Assembly: GCA_964016885.1 (NCBI GenBank)
Contig: OZ024754.1
Location: forward strand, 34,038,001-34,102,000
DNA: 64,000 bases
Direction of reading: 5' to 3'
From: Eledone cirrhosa
Lineage: Eukaryota
This document shows positions 29,940 through 43,548 of this stretch, piece after piece. Both the position numbers and the translations under genes were made by a program. The stretch's first letter is position 1. The number at the start of each line of letters is the position of its first letter. Under the pieces are notes generated by a model that did not search any database, had not been told where the DNA came from, and was given only the letters and a program-made list of their open reading frames with translations.

Positions 29940-30710
29940 AGATTTTACAGGCAAAACCAACTGGCAGGAGACCCAGGGGTAGACCCTGAGCAAGATGGTT
30001 GGATAACATCCATGAGCTTGGCTTCTCTCGCTTGGGGATCCAGCCGGATCGGTTAGAGACGGCTGCTTCTGACAGGACCCACTGGTGGGAGTGTCTGAGG
30101 AGTCCACCTCACAACATCTCAAGAAGAAGAAGAAGGTGAAGAAGAAGAAGAAGGTGAAGAAGAAGAAGAAGAAGAAGAAGAAGAAGAAGAAGAAGAAGGT
30201 GAAGAAGAAGAAGAAGAAGAAGAAGAAGAAGAAGAAGGTGAAGAAGAAGAAGGTGAAGAAGGTGAAGAAGAAGAAGGTGAAGAAGAAGAAGAAGGTGAAG
30301 AAGAAGAAGAAGAAGAAGAAGAAGAAGAAGAAGAAGAAGGTGAAGAAGGTGAAGAAGATGAAGAAGAAGAAGAAGAAGAAGAAGAAGAAGGAGGTGAAGA
30401 AAACGGTGAAGAAGAAGAAGGTGAAGAAGAAGAAGAAGAAGGTGAAGAAGAAGAAGGTGAAGAAGAAGAAGGTGAAGAAGAAGAAGAAGAAGAAGAAGAA
30501 GAAGAAGAAGAAGAAGAAGAAGAAGAAGGTGAAGAAAACGGTGAAGAAGAAGAAGGAGGTGAAGAAGAAGGTGAAGAAAAAGAAGAAGAAGGTGAAGAAG
30601 AAAAAGAAGGTGAAGAAGAAGAAGAAAAAGAAAAAGAAAAAGAAAAAGAAGGCAAAGAAGAAGAAGAAGGCAAAGAAGAAGAAGGCAAAGAAGGCAAAGA
30701 AGAAAAAGAC
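29940..30710 (+). mobile_element. LINE 3' end with expanded (GAA)n tail of about 590 bp
   Basis: GRRPRGRP*ARWLDNI-like C-terminal motif directly followed by aagaagaag... interrupted by GTG. Confidence 0.7.
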
Positions 30711-30723
30711 TAGGTATACTGAC

Positions 30724-30849
30724 CTGTATATCCTTGCGGACATAAACAAACATAACCTCCTTCTCTTTGAACACATGTTCCATTCTGTTGACAAGGTGTA
30801 GAGTAACAGAAGTTCACTTCTACATCACACAACAAATCAAGTGTCATTC
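30724..30849 (-). CDS. CELSR: Flamingo/CELSR exon: EGF-like 2 (frame not in ORF track)
   Basis: Acceptor ttcttctcAG, donor GTcagt; 126 nt, phase 1 to 1; (G)[41 protein letters not shown](G), matching CELSR EGF2 (CxxEVxxCYSxPC...REGGYxC). Confidence 0.95.
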
Positions 30850-31495
30850 CTGAGAAGAAAATTAAATGGAAGTACATAAATGATATGATAAGGCAGAATA
30901 ATAATAATAATAATTGTTTCTACTTTAGGCACATGGCCAGCAATTACCCCCAGTGTATTACTGGTACTTTATTTTAATAATAATAATAATAATAATAATA
31001 ATTGTTTCTCCGTTAGGCACAAGGCCAGCAAATACCCAGTGTATTACTGGTACTTTATTTTATCGACCCCGTAAGGATGAAAGGCAAAGTTAACCTCGGC
31101 GGGATTTGAACTCAGAATGGCAAGGGCCGTAACTCTATGCGTCAAAGCATGGCATCCGACCCTCTACCGATACTGCCAATCCACCGCCCTTAATAATAAT
31201 AATCAACAACAACACTATCAACAACAACATCAACATCATCAATAACATCAACAACAACAACATGAATAACAACAACAACAACAACATCAATAACAATATC
31301 AATAACAACATCAACACCATCATCAAGAACAACAACATCAAGCATTTTAAAGCCATCTTAGAGTAGAAATACAATACTCTCCCCACCCCGACCCACCCTC
31401 TAAAATGGCTGACTGAATACACATGTTTTTTTTTACCCCATTCTTTCCTCATCTTATTCTCTATCTTTCTATCTCATCCTTTATTTCTCATTCTA

Positions 31496-31531
31496 TCTTC
31501 TGATGAAGGATTAGTGTCCGAAACATTGAGA
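31496..31531 (+). ncRNA. Degenerate minimal hammerhead motif
   Basis: tctt CTGATGA aGGA ttagtg TCC GAAAC att gaga. Confidence 0.55.
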
Positions 31532-32313
31532 CTCTTTTCCTACTATATCAAGTGTTTAACTAGTACATTAACTGTACCGTGTCATTTGCTTTGTTGTTTT
31601 AGTTTACTTTTAACATATATATATATATATACACCCACACACCCACATATATATTGTCGTCATCATCATCACTGTTTAAACGTCCATTTTTCCACGCTTC
31701 CATGGGTTAGACAGATCTTCCACATTATGATACAAGTCTGGCCAGCTGGCCACGCCGTACTTTACTCAAACAGAACTCTATTTTGGCTGGGTTTTTTTAC
31801 AGCTGGATGCTCCTTCCTAATCTGGTACTTTCTCAAATCTGCAAAGACTAGGCTTTTTTAGAAGCATCCTTTCCTCGCCTTGTCATAGCTGTGAGAGTTT
31901 TCTTGGGCAACTACAGGTGGACCCTTTGGTAACGAATGAGGTTTTGGAACAAAGATTTGTTATCAAAAGATTGACTGCATATAAACATAGGCATGACTGC
32001 ATAGGTACAGGTATGGTGGTGTAGACATATACAAACATACAGACATAAATACACACATCTATTACAACTACTACTACTACACACATCCACACTATTTCTT
32101 AATACTAGGCAACATTATAGCAGTATCGGTAGAGGGTCTGACGCCATGCTTTCCAGCATAGTTACGTCCCTTTACGATCTGAGTTCAAATCCCGCCGAGG
32201 TTGACTTTGCCTTTCATCCTTACAGGGTCGATAAAATAAAGTACCAGTAATGTACTGGGTAATTGCTGGCCTTGTGCCTAAAGTAGAAACAATTATAAGG
32301 AAAACAGTCTTAC

Positions 32314-32488
32314 CTGTAAAACCACGAGGACAGAGACACTGGTAGCCATTATTAGTGTGGATTGGTCGAAAAAGCATTGATTTTGACTCAATAAATGGTG
32401 CCGCAGTGCCACCGAGGAGCCGTGTCATACATACTTCAAAGTTAATACAGGGTTCCATTACACACAGGTTGTCATCGAATGGCATCAC
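32314..32488 (-). CDS. CELSR: Flamingo/CELSR exon: EGF-like 1
   Basis: Acceptor ctttcttccaAG, donor GTaaga; 175 nt, phase 0 to 1; VMPFDDNLCVMEPCINFEVC...LFRPIHTNNGYQCLCPRGFT(G); PFDDNxC-x-EPC and LFRPI motifs are typical of CELSR. Confidence 0.95.
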
Positions 32489-32855
32489 CTTGGAAGAAAG
32501 AAAAAAAATGTAAGTACACTACAACTGTTTGCTAATCATCCTCATTATTATTATTAACTTTGCCTTTCATCCTTACGGGGTCGATAAAATAAAGTACCAG
32601 TAATACACTGAGATAATTGCTGGCCTTGTGCCAAAAGTAGAAACAATTATTATTATTATTGGCAGTATCGGTAGAGGGTCGGACGCCATGCTTTGACGCA
32701 TAGAGTTACGGCCCTTGCCATTCTGAGTTCAAATCCCACCGAGGTTAACTTTGCCTTTCATCCTTACGGGGTCGATAAAATAAAGTACCAGTAATGTACT
32801 GGGTAATTGCTGGCCTTGTGCCTAAAGTAGAAACAATTATTATTATTATTATCAC

Positions 32856-33255
32856 TGAAGGCGCATGGCTTAGTGGTTAGAGCATTGGGCTTGCAATCAA
32901 AAGGTTGTGAGTTCAATTCTCAGACCGGGTCATGTGTTGTTTTCTTGAGCAAGACACTTTATTTCACATTGCTCCAGTTTACTCAGCTGTAGAAATGAGA
33001 TGATGGGGACTGGGGTCCCTATCATTCCACTGCAAAGTGGTCGTGGAGGTGCCACGGCAAAAAAGCACCCAGCACTCACTGTAAATGAGGTTGGTGTTAG
33101 GAAGGGCATCCAGCTGTAGAAATCAAGCCAGAATCAGGTCCCATATCAGCAAGGCAAGGTCACCTGACCTGGCATTGCCCACAACAGGACAACTCGTCTA
33201 ACCCATGCTAGCGTGGAAGAACGGACATAAAACGGTGATGATGATGATGATGATC
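32856..33255 (+). mobile_element. Full-length tRNA-derived SINE with RTE-type 3' end (relatives at 16248-16590, 36396-36738, 43568-44625; related heads at 5220, 8550, 20075, 29228, 40767, 42885)
   Basis: A box tggcttagtgg, B box gagttcaattc; 3' ~200 nt nearly identical to the 3' UTR of the LINE at 41026-41290; (ATG)n tail. Confidence 0.85.
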
Positions 33256-33349
33256 ACTGTCACAACTACCACTATCACCACAACCACCACTACCTCCACC
33301 ACTACCACTATCACCACAACCACCACTACCTCCACTACCTCCACCACTA

Positions 33350-34040
33350 CCACTATTACCACAAGTAACATCCCCATCACCCCACCACCAACACCACTAC
33401 CACCACCACCACCACAAGTAACATCCCCATCACCCCACCACCACCACAAGTAATATCCCCATCACCCCACCACCACCACCACAAGTAGCATCCCCATCAC
33501 CCCACCACAAGTAGCATCCCCATCACCCCACCACCACCACCACCACTAACACCACCACCACCACAAGTAGCATCCCCATCACCCCACCACAAGTAGCATC
33601 CCCATCACCCCACCACTACCACCACCACTAACACCACCACCACCACAAGTAGCATCCCCATCACCCCACCACCACCACCACCACAAGTAGCATCCCCATC
33701 ACCCCACCACCACCACCACCACAAGTAGCATCCCCATCACCCCACCACCACCACCACCACAAGTAGCATCCCCATCACCCCACCACAAGTAGCATCCCCA
33801 TCACCCCACCACCACCACCACCACAAGTAGCATCCCCATCACCCCACCACCACCACCACCACCACTAACACCACCACCACCACCACAAGTAGCATCCCCA
33901 TCACCCCACCACCACCACAAGTAATATCCCCATCACCCCACCACCACCACCACAAGTAGCATCCCCATCACCCCACCACAAGTAACATCCCCATCACCCC
34001 ACCACCACCACCACTAACACCACCACCACCACCACCACCC
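33350..34040. repeat. Minisatellite with variable (CAC)n spacers
   Basis: acaagtagcatccccatcaccc followed by (cac)n. Confidence 0.9.
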
Positions 34041-35400
34041 TCATCATCACCACAAATCCTGTTTGTTTTTAACTGAAAGTTCACTCTATTATCCACTAAA
34101 TTTACATGTTTTTATTTGTTTGTGTATTTTGAGAATGGAGTGGAGTAGGGAGGGGTGTGTTGTAATAAATATAAACACAAACAAATACAAAAACAAATAC
34201 AAAAACAAGTACAAAACAACTGCCATTTATAGAGAAATGTCTATTATTTTGTCATTTGGTTGTCTTTTATGTTTGCATTTATTTTATGTTGGATGGAGGA
34301 GAAAGATAAGTTGAATGATTTAAGAGATGACATTTGTGTATATAAAACATGGTTCCAGGTAATTGCTAGCTTACTTATATAAAATAAACACACACCAGAC
34401 ATCTAATATGTTTATGGCTTATTTAGGGCTCTTTAGTTGAGAGGACTCTTCAGTCGGGTTACTGACACGACAACCTCTCTAGTGCTGGTGCCTCAAAAGA
34501 TGCACCCTGTACACTGTGTAAAGTAGTTGATATTTGGAAGGACATCCCAGCCATAGAAAACTTGAAAAAAAAAAGTTGAGGTGTCTCTTCCATTGTGTTT
34601 AGGACACAATAACTTCCCTTGTGCTGATGCTCTAATAAAATACACTTATATACTCAGTAAAGTGGTTGGCAATAGAAAAGTTATCAAACTGTAAAAACCA
34701 TGCCAAAACAGGTATGAAAGTGGGAAGTGGCTTCCTGCCTGTCTTGGAGAATAGAAACTCCAATTAAGTACTGGTTTGGTCTTAAATGCCTAGTCCAACT
34801 CATGCCAGCATGGAAAACAAACATTTATTTGTAGCTATTATGCTTTCCTGTTCAATCTCACTTCGAAATATCTGATGTAAAAGATATCTGATGCTGTACA
34901 ATGTTTGTCTAAAACTTTTGGTACCAACACACACAAAATAGGTCTCTGGTTCTAGGAACATATTCTAACTCTAAACATACTATATGGATTTACCAGAAAA
35001 TGTCTTAAAATGGGGTTGTTAACTCAAATGTTTATAGCATCTTTAATTGTGGACAGATCATTGTAGAAATTTGCAGTAAATTAAATTAAAGACTTCATTG
35101 TTTAATGTGATGCAGCCATAGTGCTGTTTTGTAGTTTTCGAGAATATCTTGCTAACGTGGTTTTATGTGCTACTGCATGTTAAAAGTTAAAGGGTTCTTA
35201 ATAAAATCTTTCAAAATAATTTTATCTAAGAACCATTTGTTAAGTTATGTTACAAATACTAATCTTAATTAATAAATAATTTTGCTCATTAAAATTATTG
35301 ATTATTTGATTAACTTAAATACCGAATATTTCATTAAAATTTTGGTAATGTACTGGGACAATTAAATCGACCCCAGTACATTACTGGTAGTGCTGTAAAG

Positions 35401-35568
35401 CAGGCATGTCAAACTGAGGGTCCCCCGAGGGCCACACATGACAACCAATTTTTTTATTTTATATTACGAAGATAAAACCTGCTCGCGCTGTAAAAACCTT
35501 TGTGCGGGCCGCAGGTGTGCTTGTAAAGGGCCACAAGCAGCCCGCAGGCAGCATGTTTGACATGCCTG
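35401..35568. mobile_element. hAT-type MITE, 168 bp, with 8-bp target site duplication
   Basis: TIRs CAGGCATGTCAAAC and GTTTGACATGCCTG; CTGTAAAG on both sides; sits inside a SINE remnant. Confidence 0.88.
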
Positions 35569-36739
35569 CTGTAAAGCATATTGTCTGATGCTCTTTCGAT
35601 ACTGCCAATCCAGTGCCCTTTATGTATGTGTTAACAATAACAAGAACCTCTGTAATTTTATATTTAAAAAAAATGATTAATAATAGAATATCATATTTAA
35701 AAATATATCCTTTCTTTGTTATGACATATAGTTTATTATACAAAACTTATCTGACACATAACTACAGACAAACTATAGATTCTTATTACATGTCACTCCT
35801 TATTTGAAAAATGTCAAAATTGGTTGTAAGATCCTTTATAATGTTATTTTAAAGGTAATCAGAGCCCTTACATTTTAAGATGGTTGTTTTATATTTCAAG
35901 GGATGACATATACAGTACACTGTATGATGTATGGATTTACTGTGTACTAGATGAGAATAACTAATGTTCAGCAGTGGTCAACAGGTTGAAATTTCTCATC
36001 TCACACGTGCATTTCTACTTTATTTCTCACCCGTTTTGATATTAAACCTCCTGACCTTCCCTGGTTCTACATACAAGTAGGATAGAAGACAAGACTGATA
36101 CCATCATATATATATATATATATATGTCTATATCTATCTATATATATATATATTTATATATATATATCTATATATATATATATCTATATACATATATATA
36201 TATATTCATACATACACATACATATATTCATACATACACATACATATATATATTCATACATACACATACATACATATATATATTCATACATACACATACA
36301 TATATATATATATATATTCATACATACACATACATATATATATTCATACATACACATACATACATATATATATTCATACATACACATACATGCATATCAT
36401 CATCATCATCATTTCATTTTACGTCCACTTTTCCCTGCTTGCAAGGGTGGGACGGGAACTGATTCTGGCTTGATTTCTACAGCTGGATGCCCTTCCTAAC
36501 ACCAACCTCATTTACAGTGAGTGCTGGGTGCTTTTTTGCCGTGGCGCCTCCACGACTACTTTGCAGTGGAATGTAGGGACCCCAGTCCCTATCATCTCAT
36601 TTCTACAGCTGAGTAAACTGGAGCAATGTGAAATAAAGTGTCTTGCTCAAGGAAACAACACATCATCCGGTCTGAGAATTGAACTCACAACCTTTCGATT
36701 GCAAGGCCAATGCTCTAACCACTAAGCCATGTGCCTCCA

Positions 36740-36782
<43 letters not shown>

Positions 36783-37133
36783 GCATATATATATATATAT
36801 ACATATATATACATACACATATATATACATACACATATATATACATACACATATATATACATACACATATATATATATATCATCATCATCATCATCATCA
36901 GGTTTAGCGTCCGTGTTCCACGCTTGCATGGGTTTGGACGGGGGTTTTCCCACTTGAGGCAAGAGTGGTTGTCTTGCTCGCATAGGACTGTCTGGCGGGT
37001 TTTCTACAGTTGGATGCCCTTCCTAACACCAACCACATTTACAGTGTGGGGCTGGGAGGTTTTTACCGTGTTGCCTACACGGCCACCTTTACAGCGTGGA
37101 CTGTGTGTTTTTTGTCGTGACATACATATACAT

Positions 37134-37170
<37 letters not shown>

Positions 37171-37173
37171 CAC

Positions 37174-37204
<31 letters not shown>

Positions 37205-37297
37205 TACACATATATATATATATATATACACATATACATACGCATATATATATATATATACACATATACATACACATATATATATATATATATACAT

Positions 37298-37338
<41 letters not shown>

Positions 37339-37381
37339 CATACACATATATATATATATATATATATACATATACATACAC

Positions 37382-37414
<33 letters not shown>

Positions 37415-37419
37415 TACAC

Positions 37420-37450
<31 letters not shown>

Positions 37451-37489
37451 TACACATATATATATATATATATATACATATACATACAC

Positions 37490-37524
<35 letters not shown>

Positions 37525-37525
37525 T

Positions 37526-37566
<41 letters not shown>

Positions 37567-37573
37567 CATACAC

Positions 37574-37608
<35 letters not shown>

Positions 37609-37613
37609 TACAC

Positions 37614-37648
<35 letters not shown>

Positions 37649-37761
37649 TACACATATATATATATATATATATATATATGTGGTAAGGTTGCTTGGATGT
37701 GTCCATAGGCGGTATGCCGGTTGAGCACTCTATACTCCTTCGGAGCACGAAATCACTAGAT

Positions 37762-37850
37762 GTATCTGAGGAACTTTCGAATCCAGAGTCAGGTTCAATC
37801 CACAAACAGATCGCACCTCGAGCTGTTCGCTGGAGAAACATATGTAATAC
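37762..37850 (+). ncRNA. Hammerhead motif with long stem II insert
   Basis: GTAT CTGAGGA ...TCCAG...CTGGA GAAAC ATAT GTA ATAC; palindromic ACATATGT stem III; ATTAAA downstream. Confidence 0.6.
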
Positions 37851-37947
37851 GTATTAAATTTGTGTTCCGATGCACCACTGATTCTTCATTTTCTCTCTCT
37901 ATATATATATATACACACAGATACATACATACATACATATATATATG

Positions 37948-38192
37948 AAGATGGCGTAGGACAGAACAAAGGAGAGGCACAAAAACAAAGAAAAGAATCC
38001 CCAGTCACTGAAGAGGTCACAGAATGTGTGACGAAAGAACTTTGACAATATATAAACAATCATCTGGTTGTGGAACCAACCAACCAACCGGAAATTTATA
38101 AATTCCTAAATTTATAAATTTATTATAATAAATTGAAGTGAAAGCAACTGGTGCGTGTGTTTCTTATTGGCAACATGACCCTCCCAAAGTAT
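37948..38192 (+). mobile_element. 245-nt hammerhead-bearing element, copy 1 (motif at 38004-38046)
   Basis: GTCA CTGAAGA gGTCACA gaatg TGTGAC GAAAGaaCTT TGAC; near-identical inverted copy with the same ends at 62446-62690; 5' end abuts a TA-rich tract. Confidence 0.7.
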
Positions 38193-38692
38193 GACATCAT
38201 CATCATCATCATCATCGTTTAACGTCCATATTCCACGCTTGCATGGGTTTGGACGGGAGTTTTCCCACTTGAGGCAAGAGTGGTTGTCTTGCTCGCATAG
38301 GACTGTCTGGCGGGTTTTCTACGGCTGGATGCCCTTCCTAACACCAACCACATTTACAGTGTGGGTCTGGGAGGTTTTTACCGTGTTACCTACACGGCCA
38401 CATTACAGCGTGGACTGTGTGTTTTTTTGTCGTGACACCTACACGACCTCATTTGTTTCGGGCTGGATGTTGTGGTACCAACATAACTTTACATTGAAAG
38501 GGGCGGTGTGGATGGGGTGGGGGTAGTGGGACGGGGGTGTATTTTGTTAGAGGTGCCTACTGACTGTAATAGGTTTCACTTTGCACTTAGGTAAGGCGGG
38601 TCTTCTCTATTACTGTGTAGCGCCAAAGATCTCGGTCCAGTGACATTGTCTTGGAGAGGTGTAAGTGTGTGAGGTCGGAATTTATCAAGTCG

Positions 38693-38752
<60 letters not shown>

Positions 38753-40188
38753 TTATATAGAAATGTAGATAGTGGAATTCTAGGCAGTCTAATAGAAGAG
38801 GTAGATTTCAGGAAGGTAACATTGAAGTCATTGTATAGAAAAGTGAATGTAAAATGATGAGGAGGATGATGATGATAAACCCTTTAGCATTTACACCAGC
38901 TGTATCCAGCCAGAATTCTCTCACCTCTTTCTGTTCAAACCGTCCATAACTGGCTACCCATACTGATGTTAAGGTATTGTTCTCAAAATAAATAATATTA
39001 AAATCTTATATATTTGATATTTTGTGAGATAAAGCCTTTACTTTGAAAAATACAATAGTATATATAGAATAATTATTTCTATTTTTGGCACAAAGCCAGC
39101 AACTATCCCAATGCATTACTGGTACTATATTTTATCGACCTTGTAAGGATGAAAGGCAAAGTTAATTCTTTATATACCTGGGTATATATAGAGTAAATGC
39201 ATTAGGCAGTTTTGTATTGTAAAAACAGAGGTGGTTTCAAGTTATTTGGTATCAAAACAGTTAAATACTCTTTGATTATGATGCTTCCTTACTAAGAGAT
39301 TACTCAAAATGATTATTGTGAAAAAAGTGTAGTGTTTAGTTTCAAACAAAATAAATCTTTTCCACTAACTTAACGCTTTAGCCTTTAAACCGGCCATATC
39401 CAGCCAGAATTCTCTCACTTTTTTCTGTTTAAACGGGCTGCAACTGGCCACTCATATTGATGTTAAGGTATTGTTCTCAAAGTAAATAATATCAAAATCT
39501 CATAGATTCAATATTATGTGAGATAATTGTGTGAGATAAAATGTTTACCGTGTAAATAAAATAGTAAATATAGAGTAATGTAAATGCTAAAGGGTTAAAT
39601 GGAATCAGAGGGACCCAAGATGTGGACAACATATTAGAGAACATGATGTCTACCATTAATTTTTCAAACCTGTTAAACAAAGAATAAAACAGATACCTTT
39701 ACAGGGCTGCACTCTACGAATAAAAAAACACTGGCTTGTTCAAACTATCACAAAGAAATAGCTTTGTAAAAGACTCTTCTTCCTCAACAGAAAATATGTC
39801 AGCTAGCATTAATGCAGGATTTAACATTCTTCCACATTGCATTACATTAACACAAAATAATTCCATTTTCTTCAGCTTTGTCGACAGAAATTTATTTTCA
39901 TTTCTTCCTCTCCATTTCTTTAATTATTTTACTAGGTTATATAATACATTTTTATTGTAGTTCTTTGAAAGTCTTGTCCAATTTAACAATAGCAAAATTG
40001 ATTGATTGAAAGCAGATTATGAAGCTTTAAACGTGATTCCCCAGTAATTTATAGATCGCTAAATTACTCAATTTTCATTGAAATTGTATTTCAGGATTTG
40101 ATCATCTTTATATTCACAGATTTGCTTTGTTGCTTGATAATTATGTAATTATTAGGAGGATGTAGATGGGGATGGTGACAACGAGAAG

Positions 40189-40237
<49 letters not shown>

Positions 40238-40258
40238 TATATATATATACACATACAT

Positions 40259-40291
<33 letters not shown>

Positions 40292-40445
40292 CACATACAT
40301 ACACACACACACACACACACACTCATACATACACACACACACACACTCATACACACACACACACACACACACACTCATACATACACACACACACTCATAC
40401 ATACACACACACACACACACACTCATACATACACACACACACACA

Positions 40446-40541
<96 letters not shown>

Positions 40542-41025
40542 CATACATACATAAATATGTATAAGAGAGTGTTGAAGTTTGCTTGAAGCATTGTGGAATA
40601 ATAAAAATAGTCGTTTTGGAAGCCTCAACAAATCAGATGGGTAAATCTCTGGGTAACAGAATCAGGAGGTAATGGGAGAGAGATGTAGGAGGAAATACAT
40701 ATATATATATATTTCAACATGACCGGAGCTCAGCCATCAGGGTCCTAAATCTTTTCATATATATACAGTGAAGGCGTGTGGCTGAGTGGTTAGAGAATTG
40801 GATTCGCAATCGTAAGGTTGTGAGTTCGATTCCTGGACCAGGCGATGAGTTATGTCCTTGAGCAAGACACTTTATTTCACGTTGCTCCTTCTACCTGGAG
40901 TTGCGACCGATAGATAGTATTAGCAATTGGAAAGACCAACGGAAACATTGTTCCCTCGGTCCGATTTGACGAAAGTCGATCATTCCTATATATACATACA
41001 CTATATATACACTATATGTGATTTC

Positions 41026-42610
41026 ATCATCATCATCACCGTTTTACGTCCGTTCTTCCACGCTAGCATGGGTTAGACGGGTTGTCCTGTTGTGGGCAGT
41101 GTCTGGTCGGCTGACCTTGTCTTCCTCATACGGGAACTGATTCTGGCTTGATTTCTACAGCTGGATGCCCTTCCTAACACCAACCTCATTTACAGTGAGT
41201 GCTGATTGTTTTTTTTTCCCTCATAGCGCCTACACGTCCACTATACAGTGTGAGCTGGGTGCCTTTTTGCCGTGGCACCTCCACGACCCCCTTGCAGTGG
41301 GGGGTGTGGGGGCATATTGTCTATATGCTTCAGCTTGTACCCATGGGAGGTCGGGTACTCTGTATTACTGCGTGACGCCAGAGGTCACGGTCGTGTGTCA
41401 TCGCCTTTGAGAGGTGTAATTGGGTAAGGTCGGCTTTTATCACCTCATCCCAGGTTATCTTGGGTCTCCCCACTCCGCGGTTTCCATCGACTTCTAGTGC
41501 TCTGCACCTTTTTATGCAGCTGTCATCCTTCATGCGCATCATGTCCATACCAACGCAACCGCCTCTGCTGCACACAGCATTTGATTCCTCTTATGCTCAA
41601 TCTCTCTCTCAATTCATTTATGCTTTGTCGTTCGTGTATATTACTATTACACATCTATCGGAGCATGCAGGTTCGTTTCTCTCTAATCTACGTAAGTCTT
41701 CCACCTTCAGCGCCCAGGTCTCACTACCATGCAACATTGCTGTTCGGATACACGCATCATACAGTCTGCCTTTCATTCTGAGGGAGAAGCCTTTTGCAGC
41801 TAGCAGTGGTAGTAGTTCCCTAAACTTCTTCCATCCCGTTCTTACCCTAGTTATTGTACTTTCTGAACACCCACCTCCGCTGCTAATTCGGTCACCTAGG
41901 TAGCAGAAGCTGTCTACTGTTTCTACAGAGCCCTCCCAGAGATTGGTGGTACTTGTTTCCTGTGGCTGTTTGCTGCTTGCTGTCCCAGCACAGCTGCTGC
42001 ATGTGAAGCCTACATTCTTAATTAAGCTTCCTGAGATCCCGCTACATCTCTTGTGTACCCATTGTTTGCATTTGGAGCAGAGAATGGAGTTCCTACCTAC
42101 ACCTTTCCTATATACTGAGCAAGGCCATTTCCCTGAGGGGATCTGGGTTCTGTTTTCTCGTCTACTTACAAGGACCTTAGTCTTTGTCATGTTGACTTTG
42201 AGACCCTTTCTTTCTAGTCCCTGTGCTTCTAAGTTTGGAATTTCTTCTCTAGTTCTACCATAGATTCAGCTATAAGTGCAAGGTCATCAGCATACAGGAG
42301 TTCCCATGGGCATCCGGTCTTAAACTCCTCCGTTATTGCCTGCAGGACTATGATGAACAGGAGGGGGCTAAGAACAGAGCCCTGGTGGACCCCAACCTGT
42401 ACGCTAAATTCCTCGCTATACTCATTGCTAATCCTAACTTTGCTGACTGCTCCCCTATACATGGCTTGTACCGCTTTCACAAGCCATTCATCTACTCCTA
42501 GTTTTCTAAGAGCCCACCAGATTACAGCTCGTGGAACTCTGTCAAAGGCTTTCTCAAGATCGACAAATGCCAGGTAGAGTGGCTTACTTTTAGCTTGGTA
42601 CTTTTCCAAG
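41026..42610 (-). mobile_element. 5'-truncated RTE (BovB-like) LINE with 3' UTR and (ATG)n tail
   Basis: FVDLEKAFDRV, GVHQGSVLSP, YADD, Cys-rich insert, LHGSETW, GRPKITW; several frameshifts. Confidence 0.9.
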
Positions 42611-43453
42611 GTGATTTGTTCAAGAGAAAAGCAAAAGCTGATACAGTTTGACACCAGTGTTGTTGCAACTCATTTTTTTTGGCCCTGTGGACTGGAACAA
42701 CATGAAATATCATGTTTTGCTCAATGACATAATATGCCACTCCCTAGTCTGGGAATGAAACTCACAAACTCGCAATCATGAGCCCAGGACACCGACCACT
42801 AAGCCATGCAACATCAAATGAAAAGGTAAGACCTAAAACATTATACTTCACACTCTTCTCAACATATTGCCAATATTGTATTTAATGAAGGTGAATGGTT
42901 TAGGGGTTAGAGAATTGAATTCACAATCATCAGGTTGCAAGTTTGATTCCTGAACCGGGCGATGTGTTAGGTCCTTGAGCAAGACACTTTGTTTCACATT
43001 GCTCTTTCTGCCAGGTGTTGTGACCAATAGATAGTATTAGCAATGGAAACATTGTTTCCTTGGTCTGAGCTACACCTTACTTGGTAGGCGAATGAGGTCT
43101 TGGATCTTGTTGTTTGATCCTCAAACCTTTGTATTAACGGATTATAAATGGTTTTATCTGCACTCTATCACCCTCTGAACATTTCCACAATGTAATTTAA
43201 TTCTTAATGTCCTGTATCACATCAAACCGCATTAGCAAAGCATTCTTGAAAAGAACAAATCAGCACTGTGATAGTATCACATTAAATATGAAAATCATTT
43301 CTCTGACACTGCAAATTTTCACAACAAATCAGCCCATAAGTAAAGGATAGGATAAACAACCTAAATCGTTACAGGATGTTAATAGTTAATATTACAAATA
43401 TCAGGTTTCTTTTTCTCGCCTCTATTTTCTTTATCTATCTATCTCTCTGTATA

Positions 43454-43548
43454 TACAGGCTGCCCCCCCCCCCCCAAAAAAAAATGTATACACACTTCAA
43501 CAGCATTCTAATAAAAGTGTGTATACATTTTGGTGGGACACCCTGTAT
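43454..43548. mobile_element. Tiny Tc1/mariner-type MITE
   Basis: TA-CAGGcTGcCCC..aaaatgtatacacactt and aagtgtgtatacatttt..GGGACACCCTG-TA. Confidence 0.6.

Noticed and set aside
30085-30801. Poly-Lys / poly-Phe / poly-Ser ORFs
   Set aside because: (GAA)n LINE tail; the real coding part is the 126-nt exon in another frame
31883-32030. Cys-containing ORF as a candidate EGF exon
   Set aside because: Wrong cysteine spacing; the true EGF2 exon is at 30724-30849
32860-32930. tRNA genes
   Set aside because: A/B-box heads run directly into SINE bodies and do not fold into full cloverleafs
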